Source: an uncultured Solirubrobacterales bacterium (GTDB lineage: Bacteria > Actinomycetota > Thermoleophilia > Solirubrobacterales > Solirubrobacteraceae). Taken from it: a stretch of DNA of 64,000 nucleotides. Positions 40,704 to 51,382 of this stretch are shown here, in pieces. How positions within the stretch are numbered: the first letter of the stretch is position 1; every line of letters starts with the position of its first letter. Below the pieces are notes generated by a model. That model saw nothing but the letters and a program-made list of their open reading frames with translations, was not told where the DNA came from and searched no databases. Where the stretch lies: the NCBI GenBank assembly GCA_963698055.1, contig OY969118.1, positions 133,585-197,584 of the forward strand. Direction: 5' to 3'. The translations under genes and the position numbers were made by a program.

Positions 40704-41298
40704 ATGGCCGACCCACAGGCAATCGTCGCGGTCCTCGCCGGTGGAGGCGCAAAGCGGATGGGCGGCGCCAAGGCCACGGCGATGCTCGCCGGGCAACCGT
40801 TGATCGCACGACCGCTCGCGGCGGCACGCGAGGCGGGGCTCGAGGCGATCGTCGTCGCCAAGGCCTCGACTGTGCTGCCGCCGCTGTCCGAGCAGGTGCT
40901 GCACGAGCCCGAGCTTCCGCTACATCCACTGCGCGGCGTGCTGAGCGCGCTTGAGCGGGTGGGCGAGCGCTCGCCGACGCCGGCGGTGCTGATCCTCGGC
41001 TGCGACATGCCGTTCTTGACCGGGGAGCTGCTCGGCTGGCTGGCGATCGTGCGCGGCGCCGCGATCGCCAAGGTCGGACGGTCGCCTGCAGCCGCTGCTC
41101 GCGCGCTGCCATCCACTGCATCGCGGCATCCTGCAGGCGGCGCTCGCCGAGCAGAGCTCGCTCGCCGCGGCGCTCTGCTCGCTCGAACCGCGCGTCCTCG
41201 ACGAGCGCGAGCTGAGCCGCTTCGGCGACCCCGAGCGGCTGTGCTTCAACGTCAACGGCCCCGCGGACCTGGCCCAGGCAGAGGCCTGGCTCGCATGA
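40704..41298 (+). CDS. mobA: Molybdenum cofactor guanylyltransferase (one frameshift near 41080)
   Basis: VLAGGGAKRMGGAKA, GCDMPF, then QPLLAR and FNVN in the shifted frame. Confidence 0.82.
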
Positions 41299-41306
41299 GC
41301 GCCGGG

Positions 41307-41555
41307 CTAGGAAGGGCGCGGCTCGCCGGGCTCGGCAGCGGGGCTCGCCCCCTCGATCTCCGCCGCGATCGCGCGCAGTTGCTCGAGCGAGAGCTGCGAG
41401 CGTCCGGCGATCCAGCAGGCCAGCGGCGCGGCGGTCCGTTCCGAGGCGTGCGCGGCCGTGCCGGCGAGATCGAGCAGCTCGCGGATCTCCTGCACCGACG
41501 GCGCCTGCACGCCCGCCGCGGCGGCGAAGGCGGCAATCCACTCATCGCGGCTCAT
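41307..41555 (-). CDS. DUF6457-like small protein
   Basis: [19 protein letters not shown] motif; this family is typically next to or fused with MobA. Confidence 0.7.
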   Translation of the reverse strand: MSRDEWIAAFAAAAGVQAPSVQEIRELLDLAGTAAHASERTAAPLACWIAGRSQLSLEQLRAIAAEIEGASPAAEPGEPRPS

Positions 41556-41599
41556 CTGCCCCAGCTTAGTCGCGCTGCGATCGCGGGTAGTGCATGCGG

Positions 41600-42629
41600 G
41601 TGAGCACGATCGATCGCTTGGGAAGGCCGCTGCGCGACCTGCGCATCTCGGTCACCGACCGCTGCAACATGCGCTGCCGCTACTGCATGCCGCGCGAGGC
41701 CTTCGGCCCGGGCCATGCCTTCTTGGAGCGCAGCGAGCTGCTCAGCTTCGAGGAGATCGCGCGTGCTCGCCGCGATCGCTCGCGGCGGAGGGCGTGGGAA
41801 AGATCCGGCTCACCGGCGGTGAGCCGCTGCTGCGTCGCGGCCTCGAGCGGCTCGTCGAGATGCTCGCTGCGCTGCCGGGGATCGAGGACATCGCGCTCAC
41901 GACCAACGGCCTGCTGCTCGCGGGCCGAGCCGCAGTCGCTGGCAGACGCGGGCCTCAGCCGCGTGACGGTCAGCCTCGACGCGCTCGATGAGCCGACGTT
42001 GCGTGCGATGAGCGACACCCCGCGTCGCGCCCGCGCGCATCCTCGCCGGCATCGAGGCAGCGGGCGCGGCGGGCCTCGCAGCCCGTGAAGGTCAACATGG
42101 TCGTGCGCCGCGGCGTCAACGACCACTGCGTGCACGGCGATGGCCGAGCACTTCCGCGGGCGCGGCGAGGTGCTGCGCTTCATCGAGTACATGGACGTCG
42201 GCGCGACCAACGGCTGGCGCATGCAGGAGGTCGTCCCGGCGGGCGGAGATCCTCGCCACGATCGCCGCGCGCTGGCCGCTCGAGCCGCTGCCGCAGCTGC
42301 GCGCCGGAGAGGTCGCGACACGCTACCGCTACCTCGACGGCGCCGGCGAGATCGGCCTGATCCACTCGGTCAGCGAGCCCTTCTGCGGTGGCTGCACGCG
42401 CGCGCGACTGTCCGCGGACGGGCGCCTGTTCACGTGCCTGTTCGCACGCGAGGGGCACGATCTGCGCGCGCTGCTGCGCTCCGGTGTCGCGCAGCCAGAG
42501 CTCGCCGAGCGCCTCCGCGCGATCTGGAGAGGCCGGACGGACCGCTATTCGGCCGAGCGCTCCGCGGAGAGCGCGGGCGCCCGCGATGAGCAACCGGCGA
42601 AGGTCGAGATGTCCTACATCGGCGGCTGA
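41600..42629 (+). CDS. moaA: GTP 3',8-cyclase (frameshifted)
   Basis: [40 protein letters not shown] and C-terminal MSYIGG. Confidence 0.92.
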
Positions 42630-43435
42630 AGCGCGCCGAGCAGCTTGATCGCGAGCAGCAGCGCGCCTGCGACGATCACGAGGATCGCTGACAGCGCGAG
42701 CGCGGCGGGGAAGTTCGAGGCGAACTCGTCGTAGATCGCAAGCGGCACGGTCTGGGTGACGCCCTGGTAGGAGCCCGCGAACATCAGCGTGGCGCCGAAC
42801 TCGCCGAGCGCACGCGCCCAGGCGAGCGCCAGCCCCGCCAGCAACGCGGGGCGCGCGACCGGGATCGCCACGCGCAGGAAGGTCTGCGCCTCACGCGCGC
42901 CGAGCCCGCGTGAGGCCTCCAGGTAGGTGCGGTCGATCGCGGCGAAGGCCGCGTGCGCCTGGCGGATGTAGAAGGGCGAGGCGACGAACACGAGCGCGAC
43001 CACCACGGCCGCGGTGCTGAGCACGAGTTGCAGGTGCGCAGTCGGCGAGCGCACCGCCGAGCACGCCCTCGGGCCCGAGCGCGGCGAGCAGGCCGATCCC
43101 GGCGACGGCCGGCGGCAGCACGAGCGGGAGCTCGATCAGCGTGAGCACGACCGCGTGAAAGCGCGCGGGGCGCAGTGCGAGCCGATAGGCGGCGGGCGTG
43201 CCGACGAGCACGATGATCGCGATCGCGATCGTGCTCGTCTCGAGGCTCAGGCGCAGCGCGTCGCAGCGACTCCGCTTCGCCGAGGCTCGCGAGCAGCTGC
43301 GCCGGCGAGGTGTCGAGAAAGATCGCGAGGACCGGGAGCACGAGGAAGCCGAGCGTGAGCGCCAGCGCGAGGAAGATCAGCGCGGCGAACCAGCGACGAG
43401 CAGCGCAGGCCTCGGTGAGCGAGCGAGACCGTCAC
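42614..43435 (-). CDS. modB: Molybdate ABC permease (frameshifted)
   Basis: LPLVLPPAVAG, ARALGEFGAT and TQTVPLAIY motifs. Confidence 0.87.
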
Positions 43436-44195
43436 CTGGGCGGCGGCAAGAAGCCGGCGGCGAGCAGCTCGGGCCTGGCCGGACCCACGCAACAGGCCGG
43501 CGATGAAGGCGCGGGCCTCGGCCCGGTGGCGCGTGCCGTTGACGATCGCGATCCCATAGGCGACTTGCGGCTGTAGCGCAGGCGGGAGCGCGATCGCACG
43601 TAGCTGCCCGGCCGTCGCGCTAACGTCGGTCGCGTACAGGAACCCGGCATCGACCGCGCCCTCGGTGAGCTTGCCGACGATCCCCGTCACGTCCGGCTCA
43701 CGGTCGCGGACATTGGCCAGCAGCAGCTGACGCTTTGCGGGCGTCAGACGCGCGAGCACCTTTTCTGTGTAGGCGCCGACCGGCACCGTCGGCGTACCGA
43801 GCGCGATGCTGACGCCCGGGCGCTCGAGGTCGGCAATGCTCGCGATCTTCGAGGCCCTGGGCACGGCGAGCACGAGGCGGTTGGCCGCAAAGATGACCGG
43901 CCGTTCGACGAGGCCCTCCGCGAACAGCGCGTCCGGCAGCTGAGGTGTTCGCCGACGCGAATACGTCGGGTCGGATGCCCTGTTCGATCTGGGCGGCGAG
44001 CGTGTCGGACCCCGCGAAGGAGAAGCGCGTGCGCGCGTTGGTGAACGTCTGGCCGTAGGCGGTGAATGCCTTGCGTAGTGAGGCAGCGGCTGAGATGTTG
44101 AGGCTTGCCTTGCCCCCACCGCCGCAGGCGAGCAGCGCGACGACGAGGCTCGCGCCGAGCAGCGTCGCGCACACCTGCAGGACGCGGCGCCTCAC
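43432..44195 (-). CDS. modA: Molybdate-binding lipoprotein (frameshifted)
   Basis: Lipobox LLAC; SAAASL, SFAGSDTL, VPVGAY and VDAGFLYATD motifs. Confidence 0.87.
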
Positions 44196-44596
44196 CTGGT
44201 CCCCCGCTCGACCATCACCGAGGTCGCCTTCACGAGCGCGCTCGCCTCGACGCCGGGGGCAAGGCCGAGCTCGGTGACCGAGTCGCGCGTGATCGCGGCG
44301 GTAACGAGAAACGGACCGGCCTCGATCTCCACGAGCGCCATCACGCCGTCGACCTCGACCGAGCGCACCACGCCGGGGAAGCGGTTGCGCGCCGAGCTGC
44401 GGGTCCCCGTCCGGTGGCGCTGCGGGCGGGCGGCGAGGCGCTGCACCTCGGCGGCGCTCACGCGGCGGTGGTTGCGCTCGTCGCGGTGGGTCCGCAGCTT
44501 GCCGGCTCGGTCCCAGCGACGCAGCGTGTCGACGCTCACGCCGATCGCCACGGCGGCGTCGCCGAGCGAGAGGTCCACTCCCTTTTGCCTAGGCAT
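44192..44596 (-). CDS. MerR-like HTH + TOBE molybdate-responsive regulator
   Basis: GVSVDTLRRW, SSARNRF, ITRDS and VKATSV motifs. Confidence 0.85.
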   Translation of the reverse strand: MPRQKGVDLSLGDAAVAIGVSVDTLRRWDRAGKLRTHRDERNHRRVSAAEVQRLAARPQRHRTGTRSSARNRFPGVVRSVEVDGVMALVEIEAGPFLVTAAITRDSVTELGLAPGVEASALVKATSVMVERGTR

Positions 44597-44674
44597 TACC
44601 CAGGCAGTGTATTGATCGTGGGCGAGCGCTCGCGGCTGGTAGCGGACGTCCTCGCGCGCTCGGCGGAGGCATCC

Positions 44675-44701
44675 GTTTTGGTTGCCGCACGAAGCGGGTA
44701 G
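44675..44701 (+). promoter_or_regulatory. SigF/SigB-type promoter GTTT-N17-GGGTAG upstream of the fdh operon
   Basis: Matches the actinobacterial SigF/SigB consensus; 14 nt before the ATG. Confidence 0.5.
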
Positions 44702-44715
44702 GGTCCCAGCGAGCC

Positions 44716-47700
44716 ATGCAAAACCCCGCGCGCGATTGGCCGTTGCTGCGTCAGCTGAAAGGCGACGATTCGCTGGGCCGCGGCGCAGCGGTGAAGTCGC
44801 GGCGCAGCGCTGGACTATCCAATCGTGTGGCTGAAGCGGATGAGCTCGTCAAGTCGGTCTGCCCGTACTGCGCTGTCGGCTGCGCGCAGAACGTCTACGT
44901 CAAGGACGGTCACGTCGTGCAGATCGAGGGCGACCCTGACTCGCCCGTCAGCCGTGGGCGTCTCTGTCCCAAGGGCTCGGCCACGCTACAGCTGACGACC
45001 GGCGAGGCGCGCGAGCACAGCGTCCTTTACCGCCGCCCGTACGGCAGCGACTGGGAGCATCTCGACCTCGAGACGGCGCTGGATATGGTCGCTGAGAAAG
45101 TCATCGAGACCCGACGCGAGAGCTGGGAATGGGAGAGCGAGGGCAAGCGCGTGCGGCGCAGCCTCGGCATCGCGAGCCTCGGTGGCGCGACGCTCGACAA
45201 CGAGGAGAACTACCTGATCAAGAAGCTCTGGAGCGCGCTCGGGATCGTCCAGGTCGAGAACCAGGCGCGTGTCTGCCACAGCTCGACCGTCGTCGGCCTC
45301 GGCACCTCCTTCGGCCGCGGCGGCGCAACGACCTTCCCCGGCGATCTGCAGAACGCCGACTGCATCGTGATCGAGGGCTCGAACATGGCCGAGGCGCATC
45401 CGGTCGCCTTCCAGTGGGTGATGGAGGCCAAGGCACGCGGCGCAACCGTGATCCACGTCGATCCGCACTTCAGCCGCACGAGCGCGCTGGCAGACATCTT
45501 CGTGCCGCTGCGCACCGGCACCGACATCGCCTTCCTCGGCGCGATCATCAACTACGTCCTGGAAAACGACCGCTGGTTCCACGACTACGTGGTTGCTTAC
45601 ACAAACGCCTCCACGATCATCGAGGAGGACTTCCGCGACACCGAGGACCTCGACGGCCTCTTCTCGGGCTTCGACGCGACGAGCGGGGATTACGACTACG
45701 CGAGCTGGCAGTACGAGGGCGCGCCCGTCGCGGCCGCCTCGGGCAACCGCGATCGCTATAGCGAAACAGAGGGCTCAGGGCATGCGATGCGCGAGTCGAG
45801 CCACGGCGAGACGGCGGGCTCGGGCGGGCAGAGCGTGCAGGGCGAGCCCAAGCGCGATGAGACGCTGAAGGACCCGCGCTGCGTCTTTCAGATCCTCAAA
45901 CGCCACTACTCGCGCTACACGCCCGCGATGGTGGCCGAGACCTGCGGCGTGCCCGAGGACGTCTTTCAGCAGGTGTGCGAGAAGATCTGTGAGAGCTCCG
46001 ACCGCGACCACACGACCGCCTTCGTCTACGCGGTCGGCTGGACGCAGCACACCGTTGGCTCGCAGTACATCCGCTGCGCTTCGATCCTGCAGCTTTTGCT
46101 CGGCAACATCGGGCGCCCGGGCGGCGGCATCATGGCGATGCGCGGGCACGCGAGCATCCAGGGATCGAGTGACATCCCCACGCTGTACGACCTGCTGCCC
46201 GGCTACCTGCCGATGCCCCACGCCCACGAATATGAGGACCTCGACTCCTACATCAAGGCCGACTCCGCGGAGAAGGGCTTCTGGGGCAACATGAGCGCCT
46301 ACACCGTCAGCCTGCTGAAGGCATGGTGGGGTGACGCAGCGAGCGCCGCGAACGACTACTGCTTCGACTACCTGCCGCGCATCACCGGAGCACACGGCAC
46401 CTACGACACCGTGATGGCGCAGCTCGCGGGTAAGTGCCGCGGCTACTTCCTGATGGGACAGAACCCCGCGGTGGGCTCGGCCAACAACCGCATGCAGCGG
46501 CTGGCGATGGCCAAGCTCGACTGGCTGGTCGTGCGCGACTTCTCGTTAATTGAGAGCGCGACATGGTGGAAGGACGGCCCTGAGATAGAGACGGAGGAGA
46601 TGCGCAGTGAGGAGATCGCCACCGAGGTCTTCTTCTTCCCCGCGGCAGCGCACATCGAGAAGGACGGAACCTTCACGAACACCCAACGGCTGCTGCAATG
46701 GCACCACAAGGCACAGGAGCCCGCAGGCGACGCGCGCTCGGATCTGTGGTTCATGTTCCACCTTGGGCGCCTGATCCGCGAGAAGCTCGCTGGCTCAAGC
46801 GAGGAGATGGACCGCCCGATTCTCGATCTCACCTGGGACTACCCGACGAGCGGGCCGCTGCGCGAGCCGAGCGCCGAGGCAGTCCTGCGCGAGATCAACG
46901 GCAGCGGGCCCGACGGGGCGCTCGTCGAGCTATGAGCAGCTGCGCGACGACGGCTCGACGGCCTGTGGCTGCTGGATCTACTGCGGCGTCTTCGCCGAGG
47001 GCGTCAACCAGTCGGCGCGACGCACGCCGCGCGAGCAGCAGAACTGGACGGGCAGCGAGTGGGGCTGGGCGTGGCCCGCGAACCGGCGCGTGCTTTACAA
47101 CCGCGCCTCGGCGGACCCCGCGGGCAAGCCTTGGAGCGAGCGCAAGGCGCTCGTCTGGTGGGACCCCGCGCAGGCCAAGTGGGTAGGTCACGACACGCCT
47201 GACTTCCAGGCCGAAAAGGCTCCTGACTTCAAGCCCGCCAAGGACGCGAAAGGTCCCGACGCGATCGCCGGCGCCGAGCCGTTCATCATGCAGGGCGACG
47301 GGCGCGGCTGGTTGTATGCGCCCGGCCGGCCTGGCCGACGGGCCGCTGCCGACGCACTACGAGCCACAGGACTCGCCGCTTGAGAACCCGCTCTACGGCC
47401 AGCGTGCAAACCCGGCGCGCAAGACCTATCCGCACCCCCACAACCGCTACCACCCGAGCGGCGATGAGCCAGGCGCGGAGGTGTTCCCGTTCGTCGTCAC
47501 GACCTACCGCCTGACCGAGCACTTCACGGCAGGCGGCATGACGCGCTGGTCTCCTTACCTCTCAGAGCTTCAGCCGGAGTTCTTCTGCGAGGTCTCACCC
47601 GAGCTCGCCGCCGAGCGCGAGCTCGAGCACGCCGGCTGGGCGACGATCGTGACCGCCCGCGGGGCGATCGAGGCGCGCGTGCTCGTGACCGATCGCATGA

Positions 47701-47969
47701 CGCCGCTGCGCGTCGGCTCGAACCCGCAGCGCACGATTCACCAGATCGGCATGCCCTTCCACTGGGGCCCCAACGGCTACTCACGCGGCGACTCCGCCAA
47801 CGAGCTTTCCGCGATGTCGCTGGACCCCAACGCGCACATCCAGGAGGACAAGGCCTTCACGGCTGACATCCGGCCCGGACGCAGACCGCGCGGCGCGGCT
47901 CGTCAGCAGCTCGTCGAGGAATACCAGCGCCGCGCGGGCATCACAGCAGGCACGGGTACCAAGCCGTGA
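44716..47969 (+). CDS. Formate dehydrogenase alpha subunit, FdnG/FdoG type, Cys form (frameshifts near 46930 and 47325)
   Basis: CPYCAVGC...LCPKG, NQARVCHS, RGHASIQG, CGCWIYCG and TTYRLTEH motifs. Confidence 0.9.
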
Positions 47970-48943
47970 GCGAGGGCCTGCCGAGCCTGCTCAGCTCCGT
48001 GCGCGGCGATGGCGATCCGGCGCGCGACACCGGCTACAGCGAGCACCCGCCGCGCGTGGGCTTTTTCACCGACACCTCGCTGTGCATTGGCTGCAAGGCC
48101 TGCGAGGTGGCCTGCAAGGAGTGGAACGAAGTGCCCGAGGACGGCCTGAACTTCACCGGCATGTCCCTCGACAACTCCGAGGGGCTGAGCGCCGACACCT
48201 GGCGTCACGTCGCCTTCATCGAGCAGCGCAAGCCCGTCGGGCGCTCGCAGGCGAACATGCAGCGCGGCCTTGCCACCGTGCTCGACCTTGGCCTTGGCGA
48301 GGAGGCCTCCGCGGGGACCTCGGCGCCTTTCCTGCCGTCACTGCCGGCCGCCGGAGAAGGCGATGAGCTCGACGGCGAGTTCCGCTGGCTGATGTCCTCG
48401 GACGTGTGCAAGCACTGCACCGACGCTGCGTGTCTCGACGTGTGCCCCACGGGAGCCCTGTTTCGCACCGAGTTCGGCACGGTCGTCGTGCAAGAGGACG
48501 TCTGCAACGGCTGCGGCTATTGCGTGCCGGCGTGTCCGTACGGCGTGATCGACAAACGCGAGCAGGACGGACGCGTCTTTAAGTGCACGCTCTGTTACGA
48601 CCGCCTCGGCGAGGGCATGGAGCCGGCGTGCGCGAAGGCCTGCCCGACCCACTCGATCCAGTTCGGCGAGCTCGAGGAGCTGCGCGAGCGCGGCGGACGG
48701 CGCGTCGAGCAGCTCCAGCAAGCAGGCGTAATCGACGCACGCCTGTATGGCCACGACCCAGCCAACGGCGTCGGCGGCGACGGCGCGTTCTTCCTGCTGC
48801 TCGACGAGCCGGAGGTCTACGGCCTGCCGCCGAACCCGGTGGCCACGACGCGCGATCTGCCGCGCATGTGGCGCAATGCCGCGATCGCGGCCGCGGGCTT
48901 GATGGGCGCGGTCGGCGCGAGCTTCGCCGGTAGCCGCCGATGA
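47966..48943 (+). CDS. Formate dehydrogenase iron-sulfur (beta) subunit
   Basis: CIGCKACEVACKEWN, CKHCTDAAC, CNGCGYC and CTLC motifs. Confidence 0.92.
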   Translation: MSEGLPSLLSSVRGDGDPARDTGYSEHPPRVGFFTDTSLCIGCKACEVACKEWNEVPEDGLNFTGMSLDNSEGLSADTWRHVAFIEQRKPVGRSQANMQRGLATVLDLGLGEEASAGTSAPFLPSLPAAGEGDELDGEFRWLMSSDVCKHCTDAACLDVCPTGALFRTEFGTVVVQEDVCNGCGYCVPACPYGVIDKREQDGRVFKCTLCYDRLGEGMEPACAKACPTHSIQFGELEELRERGGRRVEQLQQAGVIDARLYGHDPANGVGGDGAFFLLLDEPEVYGLPPNPVATTRDLPRMWRNAAIAAAGLMGAVGASFAGSRR

Positions 48944-49974
48944 GCAGCTCCGACGTCACGGTCGACGGCCTGAAGGGCATCCGCCCCGACCGCGAAGCGC
49001 TCACGGGCGTCAACCACATGCGCGGCGGCGAGCCGCGCAAGGGCAAGCGCAAGCGTGGCGGCGGCCGCGGCTCGATGGTCCCCGAGGCGGAGTTCTCCAG
49101 CTACTACGGCCGGCCGATCGTCAAGGAGGCAAGTTGGGCGGCGACGAACATCGCGGGCTACTTCTTTCTCGGCGGCCTCGCCGGCGCGTCCTCCGCGCTC
49201 GCGGCGGGCGCGGAGCTGAGCGGGCGTCCCGATCTTGCACGGCCGCTGAAGCTCGGTGCAGCCGGCGCGATCTCCGTCTCGCTCGCCGCGCTCGTGCACG
49301 ACCTCGGGCGCCCGGCGCGCTTCCTGAACATGCTGCGCGTCTTCAAGCCGACCTCACCGATGAGCGTCGGCGTGTGGATCCTCTCCGCCTATGCCCCCGC
49401 GGCGACGGCCGCGGCGCTCGGCGAGCTGACAGGCCGCGCACGGCCGCTGACGCGAGCGGGAACGGCCGGTGCGGCGCTGCTCGGCCCGGCGGTCGCTTCC
49501 TATACGGCGGTGCTGATCGCCAACACGGCCACGCCCGCCTGGCATGAAGGTCACCGCGAGATGCCCTTCGTGTTCGTTGGCTCCGCCGCGAGCGCGGCTG
49601 CCGGGCTCGGCATGCTCGCCGCACCGGTCGCACAGAACGCCCCGGCGCTGCGTCTCGCGGTGATCGGCGCGACGACCGAGATGGCCGCCGTCAAGCTGTT
49701 GGAGCGGCGCATCGGCATGGTCGCCGCGAACTACCACCAGGGTAGGGCCGGCAAGCTGATGCGTGCCGCCGAGGGCTTGACCGCGCTCGGCCTCGCCGGG
49801 TCTCTCACGCTCGCGCGGCGGCGACGCAGCGCCGCGGTGCTCTCGGGCGCGGCGCTGCTCGCGGCCTCGGCCTGCGCGCGCTTCGGGATCTTCGAGGCCG
49901 GCCTGCAGTCCGCGCGCGACCCCGCCTACACGGTCACACCGCAGCGCGAACGGCTGCGCGCAGAGTCAAGATGA
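48940..49974 (+). CDS. NrfD/PsrC-family membrane anchor
   Basis: YFFLGGLAG, DLGRPARF, SPMSVG and YTAVLI...PAW motifs. Confidence 0.88.
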   Translation: MSSSDVTVDGLKGIRPDREALTGVNHMRGGEPRKGKRKRGGGRGSMVPEAEFSSYYGRPIVKEASWAATNIAGYFFLGGLAGASSALAAGAELSGRPDLARPLKLGAAGAISVSLAALVHDLGRPARFLNMLRVFKPTSPMSVGVWILSAYAPAATAAALGELTGRARPLTRAGTAGAALLGPAVASYTAVLIANTATPAWHEGHREMPFVFVGSAASAAAGLGMLAAPVAQNAPALRLAVIGATTEMAAVKLLERRIGMVAANYHQGRAGKLMRAAEGLTALGLAGSLTLARRRRSAAVLSGAALLAASACARFGIFEAGLQSARDPAYTVTPQRERLRAESR

Positions 49975-50771
49975 GCGCCGCTGGGCAGCGTTCGCTCGGC
50001 ACCCCGGAGCAATCGATGCTTCCGAGCGAACTACACCGTGCGATCGTGCGCGACGGCGAGCGCGACCTCGTCGCGGTCGAGGAGCCGCTGGAGATTCGCG
50101 TCGACGGCGAAGCGATCGCGGTCACGATGCGCACGCCCGGCCACGATGAGGAGCTGGCTGCGGGCTTCCTCTACGGAGAGGGTCTGATCGTGGACGCACC
50201 GGAGGTCGGGCTGAGCGACGATCTGGCGCTCAACACGATCGAAGTCCGCGGTCCGCTCGCGCGCGAGCCGGGCGCGCGGCGCTTCTACACCACCTCCTCC
50301 TGCGGCGTCTGCGGTAAGGGCGCGCTCGAGGAGGTCGCCGTGCACTCCGCGCCGCTGCCTTCCGGGCCGCGCGTGGCCCGTGAGCTGCTCGCCGCGCTAC
50401 CCGACAGGCTCGTCCAGCCCGGTTTCACACAAACCGGTGGACTGCACGCGACGGGGCTGTTCGACGTCGCGGGCGAGCTCGTGTGCGTGCGTGAGGACGT
50501 GGGCCGCCACAACGCGATGGACAAGGTGATCGGCTGGGCGCTGTTGAGCGGCGGTCTGCCGCTGCACGAGCGGATCCTCTGCGTGAGCGGACGGCTCTCC
50601 TTTGAGCTCGTGCAGAAGGCCGCGGTCGCCGGGGCGCCGATCCTCGTGGGCGTCGGCGCCCCCACCTCGCTCGCGGTCGAGCTGGCGGCTGAGCGCGGCC
50701 TCACGCTGTGCGGCTTTGCGCGCCGCGGCAGGCTTAACCTCTACACCGCCGCCGCGCGCGTGCGCGGCTGA
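49971..50771 (+). CDS. fdhD: Formate dehydrogenase accessory sulfurtransferase
   Basis: TMRTPG, SSCGVCGK, TGGLH and REDVGRHNAMDK motifs. Confidence 0.93.
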   Translation: MSAAGQRSLGTPEQSMLPSELHRAIVRDGERDLVAVEEPLEIRVDGEAIAVTMRTPGHDEELAAGFLYGEGLIVDAPEVGLSDDLALNTIEVRGPLAREPGARRFYTTSSCGVCGKGALEEVAVHSAPLPSGPRVARELLAALPDRLVQPGFTQTGGLHATGLFDVAGELVCVREDVGRHNAMDKVIGWALLSGGLPLHERILCVSGRLSFELVQKAAVAGAPILVGVGAPTSLAVELAAERGLTLCGFARRGRLNLYTAAARVRG

Positions 50772-50803
50772 GCGGGGCGTTCAGCGGGGCGTTGCGCGGG
50801 GTG

Positions 50804-50963
50804 GTTGAACGTGCGGCTGCCGGCACGTAGCGCGGCAGCGGACACTCGAGGAGTGTCGCGGCGCTTGGTTGAAAGGCGCGGCGGGAGCACGTCGCGCAGA
50901 GGGAAGCTCGGCGTGCCCGCGCGACTAGTTGAACGCAGCGGCGGGCAGCACGTAGCGCAGCGG
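50804..50963. repeat. Three degenerate ~36-bp direct repeats (period 60-64 bp)
   Basis: Units GTTGAA...GCGGC...GCACGT(A/C)GCGC start at 50804, 50868 and 50928. Confidence 0.6.
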
Positions 50964-51194
50964 TGTGCGCTCGCTCGTGCCGGCGCCGTCGTGCAGGCGC
51001 GCGCCGTGCAGTCCTCGTCGCGGCGTGGAGGCAAGCACATCGTCTGGCACGCCGGCGTGGTCGGTGATCCAGTCCATGATCGAGACGAAGTCGGGTCCGG
51101 CGGCGAGAATCGCCGCACGCTCGATGACCTGGCCGCCGGAGGAGTGTGGACGCGAGAGGCTCTTTACGAGCCCGCGGATCGCGTCATCGTCCAT
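50925..51194 (-). CDS. 89-aa hypothetical protein
   Basis: Coding-style codon use; start overlaps the stop of the upstream 54-aa ORF. Confidence 0.65.
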   Translation of the reverse strand: MDDDAIRGLVKSLSRPHSSGGQVIERAAILAAGPDFVSIMDWITDHAGVPDDVLASTPRRGLHGARLHDGAGTSERTPLRYVLPAAAFN

Positions 51195-51348
51195 TGCGCC
51201 GCGCCTTAGCCGGCAGCGGCGGGTAGAGCTTGCGCTCCTCGGTGGTCATCTTGCGGATTTTCAGCGAGCCTTCCTTCAGCTGACGCTGGACGTCCTCCAG
51301 TTTCAGACGGCGCCGCTCGGCTGCTCTGTCTGCCTGGGTAATCATCAC
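51184..51348 (-). CDS. 54-aa basic microprotein (absent from the ORF track)
   Basis: MMITQADRAAERRRLKLEDVQRQLKEGSLKIRKMTTEERKLYPPLPAKARRNGR; TATCCT -10 immediately upstream. Confidence 0.6.
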   Translation of the reverse strand: MMITQADRAAERRRLKLEDVQRQLKEGSLKIRKMTTEERKLYPPLPAKARRNGR

Positions 51349-51382
51349 TATTCAGGATAGCGCGCGTTTTGGACCACGCCGT

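Noticed and set aside
37725-44195. Programmed frameshifting or phase variation in Moco genes
   Set aside because: The indels are numerous, irregular and not at slippery or repeat tracts; sequencing error is the simpler explanation.
45265-45285. Selenocysteine recoding in fdh alpha
   Set aside because: The codon is TGC (Cys). The break at 46935 is a frameshift, not a Sec UGA.
50804-50963. Possible CRISPR array
   Set aside because: Only three poorly conserved units, one inside a CDS, and no cas genes; kept only as a degenerate repeat.
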